Below are positions 26,019 through 39,797 of a stretch of 53,926 nt of DNA, piece after piece; within the stretch, counting starts at the first letter, position 1, and every line of letters begins with the position of its first letter. Source of the stretch: Parasitella parasitica NRRL 2501. Lineage: Eukaryota; Fungi; Mucoromycota. Location: positions 113,274-167,199 of the forward strand of contig MU619306.1 in assembly GCA_025201805.1 (NCBI GenBank), in the 5' to 3' direction. The notes under the pieces are model-generated. The model saw only the letters and a list, made by a program, of their open reading frames with translations. It did no database searches and had not been told where the DNA came from. Both the position numbers and the translations under genes were made by a program.

Positions 26019-27153
26019 TTTGGATAAATGTATATCTAGTAATAAACGAAAAAGAAAGCCAGAGCTATGAGATATGGTACCTGATTTTATCGCAAGAATT
26101 CAAATGCAGCACACGAAGGTCTTTACTTTGATACTAGCTAGTAAGCTATAATATTCATGATAAAAGTACCATTCCGAGAAAAGCCCAGAAAAAATCAAAT
26201 CTTAAATAAAAATGAGCGTTTGCCATATCTAATACTAACTTATCTTTCAAGCATAAGATATCAAATAATAAGCTAATTACTGGATGGTATCGACTGGCTT
26301 GTATCAGTCATTTAGTAGCCAAACAATAAGCATAAAGACCGTTGAAGGCTAGAAATAAACATATTTTGGGTCTTGGATGGCATGATCTTCAGCCTCTTTA
26401 GCCAAATAAAGAGCCCAGAAGTGCACTAAATGCAATTTCAGAGCTCATAGCTATCATCTAGTGCATATGCAAAAGTAAATTTTTTGAAAAAACCAACGAT
26501 TTCTAGATCCCATCGCCTAGTTTGTAGATTTTACCCGCAAAAATAAATCTCTTTTATCATGAAAATGGTTCAAAATGCTCACAAATTCACATCAACTTAC
26601 TTTCTTTGAAGTCATATATGCGAAATATAAATAGTTTTAGCAAAAAACGTGTTTATTTTTAGGCTTAAAATACTCAAAAAAATTTTTGTAAGTTTTTCTT
26701 GGGAAATATACCATTCGATGCGCATTTGACTAATCTTTAAAAGTATATTAATGTTAAACGCCAACATGCTTAATAAGATCGAGGAAAGAGGTATAAAAGT
26801 TCAGATCAGTCGAATCTGAAAAAAATAAAAGGTACAGCGGAAATATAATTTATTTGGCAGAGGCATTTCTTAGGTCACGGCAGGCAGTAGTATATATTGA
26901 CATAAGCGCTTGTTTTGAGGATTGGACGCCATGAAAAATTCAGATAAACAGCGATATATGAACATCGACATGTCAATGTATCCTTAAAAACAATTCGAAA
27001 TTATTTAAAACCATTTTTAAGCCTCTTTATAGTAGAAGAGATGCTTGACTGGATGCAATCACCGCATCAGCCAGCAACAGTCAGTGCTGAAGTCAGAAAA
27101 AAAAAATAGGATGGTGGATAGTTGTAACTTTTGTTTTGCCACACATAACACGG

Positions 27154-28527
27154 ATGTTTGAAATCATAGATTCAGAAAAAAGCTTTTCAGGTGGTATATC
27201 ACCATATAGACTTATTACAGGAGAGTTTGATGTATTTCAGCCTTATTTTCGAGCAAGAAAAGAAGAATCGCCTGAAGACGCTCCAACATCAAAAAGGCGA
27301 AAAAAGACTAGGAGCAAAAGTTTTAGTAATGCTGATTTAGATACTAAAGAAAGACACCAAGAGTTGCGACCACAGCTAATCTCTTGTTTGGAGCAATTAC
27401 CTAGTGTATGGCCTACTGCGTGGAAAACAAAAACTGCTCCAACTGTAGCAGCTACTATTACTGAAAATGCGCAAGCTGTCGATTTTCCTTGTATCCAGCA
27501 GATGGTCGAAGCCGCACAGAATAAATTCAGTCTCAAGTCATCTGAAGACGACGACATGGATGTGCCAGAGTTTGAACTCGTTTTGTCTGTTACGAAAGAG
27601 CTTGATATATTTTCTGTTTTTAATACAGTGTGCATGAATAAATCGCTGTCAGATGTTAAACTGTTACAGCTAACGCCATCAGCTACCTATCTTGTTCCGC
27701 CAAAATCATCGTTTTTAATGGGATCAATGCAAAACAGTCTAGATCAACTTGGTGCTCATGGTAAGATTGTGTGTGTGTAATTGATGTAAGCGACAAAATT
27801 CTGATGTATTGAACAATAATGCACACTTTTAGTAAGCAAAATGGGTGGAGCAGATTTGATTGTCATGGACCCTCCATGGCCTAACAAAAGTGGTAATTAT
27901 ATGCATATATATGCACATCGGATAAAGATAGAACTGATGGTTTGACATACATAGTTCAAAGATCATCACATTACGACACTAGGGATATATACGATCTCTA
28001 CTCTATACCAATGAAAGACTTGATATCCAGCAAAGACACAATCGTGGCAATTTGGGTCACAAATAAACCCAAGTTCAGAAACTTCATTACCAAAAAGCTA
28101 TTTCCCTCATGGAATTTAGAATGCGTTGGTGAATGGGCTTGGCTCAAAATGACTACGCAAGCAGAGTGTATCTTTCCGATTGATTCAGAGCATAAAAAAC
28201 CCTATGAACAGTTGATTATAGGCAGGCCCATAAGAGAAAACAAGATTAATGGTCGAATAGAGATACCAACATCGCATATTATAGCTAGTATACCAAGTGT
28301 AAGACATTCTAGAAAGCCTCCTTTACACGGTATTGTATATACTTATAAGATTGTCGCATTATACTAATTCGACTTTTGTATACTTAGACGTTTTGAAAGC
28401 TTACATTGAAAGCAAGACAAATCCTGTGTGCGTAGAAATGTTTTCTCGGTGTCTGTATCCTGGATGGATTAGTTGGGGAAATGAATGCCTGAAATTTCAG
28501 CATTTGAGTTTTTTTGAGAAAGAGTAG
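27154..28527 (+). CDS. METTL4: MT-A70 family N6-adenine methyltransferase, METTL4-like; start uncertain
   Basis: YLVPPKSSFLMG, DLIVMDPPWPNKS|V, IWVTNK, WAWLKMT, HKKPYEQLIIG, HSRKPPL, EMFSRCL and WISWGNE. Confidence 0.9.
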
Positions 28528-28685
28528 CGCACGCTTGTATTCAACTTTTTAATGCCACAATATTAAAGAAAACTCTACAATTATTTACTTTAGTGGCTTC
28601 ACTATACAGTGGAAGGGGAGGAGAGGGGGCAATAACTTAAAATGAGTGTGGTTTATACGCCATGTATTTTTGTGTATGTATCTTG

Positions 28686-29943
28686 TCAACTTTTCCTTCT
28701 CTTAATTGGCCTGGGATTATCGTCTTTATCGATCTCGTCGTCCTCTTCTTCTGTCAAATAATCCGTTGCATGATGTGCACTTAATAACTGCTTCACAAGC
28801 ATATCGTGCCCTCTGTTGTGAGTCGTTTTAGCAGTAGATGCCTCTGGCGTTAGTAGTTCTCCTTGTAATCCCAAGTTTTCTTTGCCAATAAGGGATTGAT
28901 GTACATGCTCAATTGATTTAAAGTATTTCACAGTCTACATGGAAACATAAAATGTGTCAATGTGATGGCTTTCTCAGGCCAAACAGCTATTCCATACCTT
29001 AACATGTAACTCCATTGTGGCATCCTCATCACACACAATTAGTCCCTTGGGGTGCATCTGAATTGCAGATACAGTCCACATATGATTAACCCCTTCCTCG
29101 ACACATTTAGCTAAAGCCACACTACAATGCACAGGTTTAGTTTTGAGATGAATCTGGCCTAGATTTTGCTTACCTTTTATGGGCTCCAGTAATTATGACA
29201 CATACTTCACGGGCATCTATCACAGTACTATATATGTTTTTTTTTTTAGAATGAGCTGCATATACGGTGATATGCATGGATACACTTACGCAACACCCAC
29301 AGTCAATGCTACCTTTGGCACCTTTGTAATATCGCCGCCAAAAAATCGAGAATTTGCTATGATTGTTTCGTAGGCCAATGTTTTGACACGAGTACGGGAA
29401 GTCAATGAAGAGCCGGGCTCATTGAAGGCGAAATGGCCATCAGGCCCAGCACCACACACAAACAACTCAATGCCGCCCAGGCTGGCAATCTTTGCTTCAT
29501 ACCTCTTGCACTCTGCTTCCAAATCAAAGGCATTGCCGTCTAGCAAATTAATATTTTCCGGCTTGATGTCCAGATGTTTGAACAAGTTTGTGTTCATGTA
29601 AGTATAGTAAGACTCTTTATGCGTTCTACATTGTGTACGTCAAGATGAGAAATTACCCGTCAATAAGACGCAGGTCTCGGTGTATAGTTATTCTTGCTAC
29701 AACTTACTTGGGGATGCCAACGTACTCGTCCATGTTGAATGTCACCACATTTTCAAAGCTCACCTCGCCTGCTTTGCAGAACTCGGCCAATCTTTGAAAA
29801 AAACTGATGGGAGAGGAACCGGAGGGAAGGCCCAAGACAAAAGGCCTGTCTTTCGTTGGCTGAAATTGTTTAATGCGTTCCTTGACGTAATGAGCAATCC
29901 AGGCTGAAACTTCATCATAGTCGTTTCGGATAACTAATCGCAT
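28686..29943 (-). CDS. NAG1: Glucosamine-6-phosphate deaminase, multi-exon
   Basis: [58 protein letters not shown] and [12 protein letters not shown]. Confidence 0.93.
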
Positions 29944-30788
29944 GATATTTCTTGTAAGCAACAAAAAACAAAAAGAAAAAAAGAAAAAAAGAGATTTTAC
30001 TTTGGTGAATAAACTACTTGAAAAATTCGGATGTTATAATATATACTCATTTCTCAAAATCCCGAATGAACAAAGCGAGATGCTGATGTATTATACAATA
30101 TAGTGCTTCCACCCTCTTAAGTTCTGGGATCAATTTACTCCATATTTTGACACGGATGAGAATTACCAGAAAAGGTAGTCTATCTTGGCAAGAGCAAAAA
30201 AAAAAACTATATTATTTTGTAGCCAAGCGAAGGCTTAATTGATCCATCACATCATTAGAAGAATGATTGTTTGCCAGAGATGTCGCCATTATCAAGCGTA
30301 AGCGCGATGATGAATCTGAACGGTTGGAGCATCAGCGTCTATAAATAAACAGAAGATTATTTAGATTTTTGAGTAGCTTCGCAAACCTATGCAAACTTGT
30401 TGCATATTCAATGTTTTTACATTGTTTTAATACAAAATGAGCCTAAGAAATCCTTTCGAGCATAAATGGATCCAACTGAGCATATCATATGTACTTGCTG
30501 TAAATGTATGTAATCGATCGCTCATGTGGATTAAAAAAAGGGGGGGGGGTCAGGGCGGGGGAAACGACTTACAGAAAGCTGATAAGGGAAAAACATTGTT
30601 GGAAGCTCGGGTGTGCCGAATGATGAATCATTTGATAATTCAATCAGATTTCCTCATCTCAAATAGTTAAAAGTTTTATTGGTTATCTGGCTTGACCGAC
30701 TTTCTGGTCATGTTCTATACATGAATTACTGTAAAGATGGTCGATCTGCATTCCAATATCTGTATGATCCATGCATGTTATACATTAG

Positions 30789-30808
30789 GAGTCACTTTAT
30801 ATGACTCA
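30789..30808. promoter_or_regulatory. Paired Gcn4/CpcA-type sites upstream of DAHP synthase
   Basis: GAGTCA at 30789-30794 and TGACTCA at 30802-30808, about 170 nt upstream of the ATG. Confidence 0.5.
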
Positions 30809-30977
30809 AAGCATATCATACATTTCATTCGAAAAGCCTGCCTGTGGTTGATCTATGATGTAAATCCCGATCCAGAAACATAATTTGACACAATGTTTAA
30901 AAAAAAATAAAAAAGGGTTCTTTCTTCTTTTTTTCTTTCCCTTAAACTTTCATTACATTGCATTAGATCAAGACAAG

Positions 30978-32276
<1,299 letters not shown>

Positions 32277-32444
32277 GCAAACCGCTCGATTTATTAGACA
32301 TTATATTATTATCCACAACATTTCTCATTACATGTATTAATCAACCAAGTAAAAATTCCTTTTGCACATAGTATTTAATGAAAACACCATATACTACGGC
32401 CAATAATCCAAAAAGATTTGGTAGCAGTATATGAAACAATTCTA

Positions 32445-33176
32445 TTAAAATTTAGTGATAACTCCAACACACAACACAGCACCTAATGAAGCTAAAATTC
32501 GCCACGTAGAGTAAGGTCTGACTTCAACACCCACAAGGCCCCAATTATCAATCAGACATGCAGTAATAACCTACAATACAACAAGTAAATATATGTGGGG
32601 TATATTGCAAAATGGTGGATTATAACCTGTGCACAAACGAACAGTGCCAACGAAGTCCCCACGCCTAGTTTTGGTACGGCAAGAATGTTGGAAGCGACGT
32701 AGAAAAATCCACATATCCCTCCTATATAAATATCAATATTAACATTTCTACACACAAATTTTGTTAATCTACCAACCTATCCAAGCATACGCTGGTGCAG
32801 CTGGAAAAAAAAAGTACAAATATTAAATAACTTGATATAAATTTGTACATTTGATTCATAATCATTATACTTTTCAAGGTTTCTGAGGGTAAGGGTGTAT
32901 CCAACGCACCAACATCTATACCAAAGAAAATCAGGCAGCCCATTAAACCGATGCTAAACGACATGACCGCTGAAAACGATCTGCCCCCATATCTTGTGAG
33001 AGTAGCATTGCACCCTATTACAGAGTTTAGGAATAAATTGATCGTCATAAAATAGAATAGCTATTAACACTATGCTATTTATTGTACGCTATACCTGATT
33101 GTAATGCAAGTGTACAACCTGCAGCAACTAGAAGGAAACCAGAGAAAATTTGATTGTCCAGCAAATCAGCAGGCAT
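32445..33176 (-). CDS. Small DMT-superfamily membrane protein (YdcZ/DUF606-like), about 5 exons
   Basis: Spliced product AAGCTLALQS|GCNATL..FSAVMSFSIG..PAYAWI|GGICGFFYV..VPKLGV..AQ|VITACLIDNWGLVG matches the YdcZ pattern. Confidence 0.75.
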
Positions 33177-34010
33177 GATAATTGATTTACACACANNNNN
33201 NNNNNATCATATATAGGGAGAAATAGTAACAAGATGAACATATAATGTGACTTTATAAGCATACTATACTGTAACAAGGAAGCTCGTTATTCATTTCATT
33301 CCTTTTGCAAAGAGGTGTCTACAACAAGTAGTATACAGTGAACAGGTACATGTGGTTTTTTGATTATACCCTTTACCGGCAGATCAATGTTGAATTTCCT
33401 AATTTGTATCATCGATCAATATGTTTGGGATGTGAGTCGTATAACGGCCGAGTTTGATCAGTCGTCGTTCTTTTATGTGCTTACTGCAAGTATTTAGCTC
33501 TCATTTTTTGATTCCACACAACCAAGGCAAAAAAAAAAAAAGGAGAAATGTCAACCCAATTTTTACCATATTTTGAAATACTAAATGCTCTGAATTAAAC
33601 CAGTTTAAAATAATCTGTACAAAAGCATTTGGGTTAGTATGAATATGATGTGCTATTATATCAATAAAGTGCTTATTTATTCAATTTATACTACATATTC
33701 TTTGTTTAATTCTGTCAAATTAGTACAAACAAAAAAAAATAGGAGGCGAAAAATAGGGAAACATCGAAAAAGCTCTGCTGATTTGAGGGAGTGAAATCGA
33801 ATTTTGGCATAATAGAAAGTAAATCATAACATAACAACATTGAATGCATTATGATTTCTCGACGCATCCAATTTACATTGAATACATACAATTGAAATAG
33901 TATCCGCTTACAGATATCGTGTATATATATATAAGCTGTATTCTCTCTCTTTCTTGATTTTTTTTTTTTTTTTTCGTTTTGTTTATCCCAACCTAAAAAT
34001 TACTCTCAAC

Positions 34011-34605
34011 ATGAAATCTGCTTTTGTTATTGCTGCCGTTGGTGCTTTTGTTGTTGCCTCTGTCCAAGCCCAATGTGAATGTGATCCTTCTGATAGTGCT
34101 TGTCTTAGCGAGTGTGGTAAGTTTGACTAAATACTCTAGCTTTTATGATCTATTATTAAGCCGTTTTGCTCCATCAGTTGGAAACACTCAAGAATGTATT
34201 TCTGAATGTCATAACAACGAGTGCTACAACCGTTGTATCTCTTACCACTGGCCCGGTGTCAACACCAACACACAATCTAATGTATGGGAACACCCTACAT
34301 CCACCATGCAAGCGGGTTCTGCCTCTGCCACACCCACATCAGGAACCAATGGACAATCTTCGATGGGACCAACTTCCTCAGCCTGGGCTCCTTCTTCAGC
34401 ACCTACTATGGGGCAATCCTCTCAATGGCCTCAATCCAGTGGCTGGCCATCATCTGCTACTGTTTCTGGATACTCAGTCTCTGGTGCTATGCCCTCTGCA
34501 TCAGCATCAGCTACTACCTCCACCAGCGGATCCTCGTCTACCTTCGATATGTCCAAAGCAATTTTGGGTCTCACTCTTGCTGCTGCTGCTTATGCTATGC
34601 AGTAA
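34011..34605 (+). CDS. Small secreted Cys-rich, Ser/Thr-rich, probably GPI-anchored wall protein; one intron ~34117-34177
   Basis: Signal peptide MKSAFVIAAVGAFVVASVQA, 8-Cys module, S/T linker and hydrophobic tail AILGLTLAAAAYAMQ. TATA-like run at ~33923. Confidence 0.85.
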
Positions 34606-35556
34606 GATTTTGCCCGATTTAACGAGCATGTACAAGAGAATATCAATCATAAACTACTATTCACTAAATCATACATAATCAACTGCCTTAATATATTAAT
34701 TAAATGATTATTTTTTATCTTTACAAGTTCCTGTATAACATTGCAAATCAAGTGTGCGATACATAATAAACTACTGTGAANNNNNNNNNNAAAAAAAAAA
34801 ATAAAAAAAAAAAAAACATTTGAAGGTAATGAAATAAAGATGTGATTTACAGGTATAATAAAATGACAAAATACCTCATCCGGTACCGTACCTCGAAATT
34901 TCGCAAAGCGATTAACAATATTCTTCTCTTAACTTGCGAAAAGTAGTAGTTTTTCGTGTGCTTTCTTTTTCGAAATATTTGAGCCATTCTGGATAGGTAA
35001 TCAGTATATTTTAACCAAAATCAAAGAGTCTGTTTGTGCTTTGTTGTATGTCAATTTTTGCTGTCAGTAAAACATCTATCCTATAAAGTGCTAATCCATT
35101 GCATCCACTCTTTCATGAAGCATGGTAGTAATGAATATAATTTATCGCTATAAACGATACCACTTTCGGAATATATACCTTTGATTTATCTTGTCTTTAT
35201 GCTATACATGTCTCTATATATTAATTAAAATAGAAGCAAAGAAGTGCTCAAAATCACTATCTTTTCCACAGGAGGTAGATCATAAATAGTGAATTGTAAT
35301 ACCCCCTTCGTCTCTTGTACGTGTCAACTGTCATTTATCAATAGCTTCTATGCTTTCTAATGAATTTTATCCGATCCAACAACTCCATACTTTCTTCAAT
35401 TAATGAGATTGCAACTAGCATTGGTGCTTTATAAAACTTGCAAAACATGAGCAATTGCATAATAAGGACTGTAAGGGAAATCAACACACAAGCACATACC
35501 TTCCCAAATCAACAACACAATGTGCAGCGATACATGGCAGGCTGCTTTTTTTTTTC

Positions 35557-35618
35557 GGCTATTGGCTATTGGCTTTTGGTTTTTGGTTTTTGGCTTTTGG
35601 CTTTTGGCTTTTGGCTTC
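35557..35618. repeat. 7-bp tandem repeat (GGCTTTT/GGCTATT), about 9 units
   Basis: Directly visible in intergenic DNA. Confidence 0.85.
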
Positions 35619-36076
35619 TAAACCGAAATTCGATTAGTTCCGACTACTTTTTCAATATTGTATTTTGAAGAATCAAAATCTGAAATGCCCGGTTGTGAAA
35701 TACCATGGTCATTCAGCACGGTAAGTGAATAAGTGCTCTGCAACATTTGAGCTGCATCTGTCACATTCAACTGCTCAATCTCCTATAGTTTTCATAAACG
35801 AAAATTTATATTGGTGAGGCACAGTCTCCTTGTTTTGCTCTGATGTATCTAGGGATGTTGTCATGCACGGTGTATCTGTTATTAAAATCGGAATATCCTT
35901 GCACGCAATGCATGTAGGAGAGTGCAATAATAGCTTTTCAATCCTTGAATATGTAGACAGTTTAAACATGGTAAATACATATTAAAAAACGAAGATAAAT
36001 ATGTAGATACAGTATACTCGCAATATGCATCATGTGTAGCTATGTAACTGTTGTATCCTCATTTAATCTGCAGTAT

Positions 36077-39000
36077 TTATTCATTCGCTTCAACGAGCCC
36101 TAATAATCTTGCGCAGTGAAGATGTAAAAGTTGACCATGTTGACTTTCCCGAACAAAGACGCTGCTGCCAACGTTGCGATGGCATTTCAAACAAGCTGTC
36201 TGATTATCTATTGAGATGGGGCCGATTTCTTTGTATGTGCGGATCAAATCACTGCCTGTTAGCAGATTTTCTCCACGACTTAAACCAAGCACAATTTGGC
36301 TTTCATTGTAATCGTCCAGAGATCGTCTCAGGGACCTTATTAAAAACTCTTGTAGCATGTCCACGGACCAGCCTTCGGGTATTGTGTCAAGGACCTCGAG
36401 GGTATCAAGATAAAATCCTTGGGTGTTTAATAGATGCATGCTTCGAGCAACCATCAATTTGCTATCGTCAACAGATTAATAACAGCAAAATAAATAAGCG
36501 GCTGCAAGTTATTTACCTGTCCTTGATAGCAATGTACGATTTGAACAGCATGGTAAAGAGTGAACGTCTTTCATTCAATGATTTTGGTGATAGGTACTCG
36601 TCATCCAGAATAAGTGGGGGCAGTGGCTTCTCGGCAAGAGGCACAGTTGCAGGAATGACACCTGTACTTTGACCATTTGTCACGCAGTAAGTCTCTGCAC
36701 CAACAAAATCACATAGCTCATGAATTAGGATATCAAGTGCCTCTTTGTGCTTGCTCATCTATCAGCCAAGTTAGTCATGGCAAATGCGTGCATCGTGTAC
36801 AAGGGTATTTACTCTCCCATAGACGATCACCTTCTCTATATCCAAAGGTCCAGCCTTTACAAGTGCATCCAACAAAGTTTGAGGCGAATAGAGTTGCGAG
36901 CTCTGTAGCAATTGTATAAGTAATAGTCTTTTTTTCACCAGATGTGTCTGTTGCTGTTCCAATCCAAGGTAGCCCACAAACGTAGAATTGTTGAACCCTT
37001 CTTCATCATTGACAATAGGGACAATCTTCATTGGATCTGTTTGCTTCTTGAAGCCTTCTTTCAGTGCTTTCATTTGCTTGAGCTGCTTTCCCTGATTAAT
37101 CTCTGTATAAACGTCCTTGACATAAATGCAGGCAAGACGAGTGTGATATTCTGCCCTTTCGCTCTTTTGCGTAAATACCAGATATTCCAGATACGTGCGT
37201 ACGCCTTCGTTACCGTAACTAGACATTCTTTTCTGAATTTCGTTCGGGTTTACATCTCCAGTTTGGGAAGACTCAAAAGCATTTTTGTTGCTATAGCTGG
37301 ATAGTCTTTCCATAATCTCATCAGGGTCCATATCCCCTGTTCGGGGAGATTTTGTAAAAACAAGTATGCCATATGCAGGCTTCTGATGTGTCAACCACCA
37401 AGCATAATGCATTATCACAGACAGAGGAAGCTCTTCTGGATGCACGTCTTGCAAGAGCAAGTCTTTGACGCGTTCCAAGCCATTTTCAAACTCTGGATCA
37501 GCAAGTTCCCCTGAATAAATCCTGTCATCGTGTATATGTGTATATAAATATATATATATATGTGTGCGTGTAAGAGTAAATCGCTTTTAAGAGTGTAGAT
37601 ACCCGCAACTTACTTTGTCCATATGTCAAGCACCTTGTCATACATGTGTTTTGATTCATACAAGATAGAAAGAGCATAGAACTTTTTCGACTTGTAGAGA
37701 GCTTTTGCGCACTCTTCAACGCTGCAGTCATTTGGCTGTTTTAATAGCTGGTAAATTGCTTTGTCGTCCTTCTGAGACATGTATATTTTCAGCAGAGATG
37801 TGTCAATCACTTTGCAAATGGTATCATTTTGCCCCAGCCTATCTCTTCTCTTTTCTCTTTCCTTGCGTAGATACTTGTTCAGAGCCTCTCTTGCATTCAT
37901 CAGCAACACACGACGCAATTCCTCGTTAGAATTGGAATCCTGAAGACTGTGGTTTACGATATTCTTGATAGTGCCCAACTCTTCCACCAGTGCAATGACT
38001 CCATCAAATAGCAATACAGGTGGGGCTTCCTTTAGCCATTTCGGCTGAGCCAAACCTTCAAACATATGAATCACCACACGGGGGTCCATATCTCCCTTTG
38101 ACAAATAGACGAATGCATCGTCAAACAATGTCTCCTTTAACAACAATAACCCAGACTTTTGACAAGTGTAGTTTAATTCGGATCCAAGACGCTCAACATA
38201 GACATTGTTATCGCTGGAAATTGTATTTCGTGCCTGCTCTGCCAACTGCATTGCTTCCTCGACCAAATTCTTTTCTAGTAATGCGTCTACTTGAACAACC
38301 AATGGAGTTGTTACTTGTGCCAGGACCGAATCCTTTCCAAACACCAGTATTCGCGCTGCTCCTGTTGAGTACCGAATAATTTCTCGTTGTAATTGACTTT
38401 CCAGGTCGGCATCATAGTTTCTGTCTTGGTTGTCTTGTAAAAGAGGCGGTGATGGCCAAATATGTCGCTTCAGTCTCTTTGCTAGAACATCCATCCATAC
38501 CTTGATGCCATGGCCAAATGTCATACCCTTTGCTTCCATACTCGGATCCAGTGAGATTGTTTGCAACAAATTCTGATCCAAAATGTTGTGAATTTCAATA
38601 GTGTTGTTCCGCAAAAGTGCTGCAATGTAGGGATATTCAACACAAAGCGCCTTTGGATAGCTGGACCATTGTAATGTGCCTCGAATAGCATCGCCGTTTG
38701 CATTGACAAAAATACCAATCGTTTGATTATCCGAACTGCCACTCACGACCAAAAATTCGTCTTTGCGAACTACTGCTACAAGAGGCCGAGGTACTAGCTG
38801 TGTGGCTGATCGCAGCAATGTTGGAGATGTCGCTGAAACTTGTGGAGTAGGTATTAAAAGCGTTACCGACGACTGTTGTAAATTGATGAGTTTGTAATTC
38901 TGCGCATCTGCCAAGCAGAGAATACGGCTGTGTCTAGTCAATGCAATGGCTCCATCTATTAACGGCAATTCCTATGACAATGCTTTTGTATAAGATTTCA

Positions 39001-39797
39001 AAAACACAACACACATGCACTCATGAACGCGCACCTTTTTTAAATGCATGGATTCCCCAATTTTATATATTTGAATAGCTCGTCTTTTTATCACTGACAA
39101 CTCTACGGTGCCATCTTCCCCAATTCGATCTTCCTCTCCAATATCATGCGAGAAACAGGATACTCCCTTGATCGGCTGGATAAACGATGTTGGTATTGGA
39201 TCAAAAAATGGCAATGAAAAGAACAAAAGTGTCGAGTCTAGATGCAGTGTTAGTTTTATGCCAAAAAAAAAAACTGGCCAATGCAATCTAATCTATTACC
39301 ACAAAGAACAACGGCTTTTGACACTTGGGGTATGAGTAAAATACGCTCCACACTTTTCTTGCCGATTCCTAAATGAATCGTGTTTTCCAGCCGGGTGCTG
39401 AAAGACTATACAGTGCTTATTGTTAAATACTTGGACTAGTGTTTCTTCGTCTTGTTTTCTACCTTGTCTGGAGACGACGAGCTGTCTTCTAACGAATAGT
39501 GCAACACCACACCGTCAGAGGTACCGCAATAAAGGTCGCTATCTATACGCAAATATATGCCATATTGTATGTATTAAATCATGTTTAGGCAACATATACA
39601 TGATGCAATTTACCCCAGGCACCTACAGAGTCGATACGAGCCCGAGCATAGCGTACTGTGGATGCGTTTTCTGGCTCCTGATTAGGCGAGATGGGCCTTC
39701 TCGAGAAAATCGAGGCGGAACTACTGGTGGAAGGCGCTGGCTCTTCTTTCTTGGAAGGGCTTAGTATGGACTGTAGTGTATAAGGCGTATAGGGCAT
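36077..39797 (-). CDS. Vps3/TGFBRAP1-Vps39 family tethering subunit (CNH + CHCR + C-terminal Zn finger)
   Basis: GIFVNANGDAIRGTLQW, KVIDTSLLKIY, YLEYLV..YHTRLA, HKEALDILIHEL.DF..AETYC and C-terminal CLKC..HLHC. Confidence 0.88.

Noticed and set aside
26080-26840. Possible non-autonomous DNA transposon between the Grx-like gene and METTL4
   Set aside because: Only a 6-bp GTACCT/AGGTAC inverted match; no convincing TIR or TSD.
28686-29943. GlcN6P deaminase substitutions ([14 protein letters not shown]) as a sign of lost activity
   Set aside because: Catalytic residues in MDEY and DGHxAFNE are intact and the changes are conservative.
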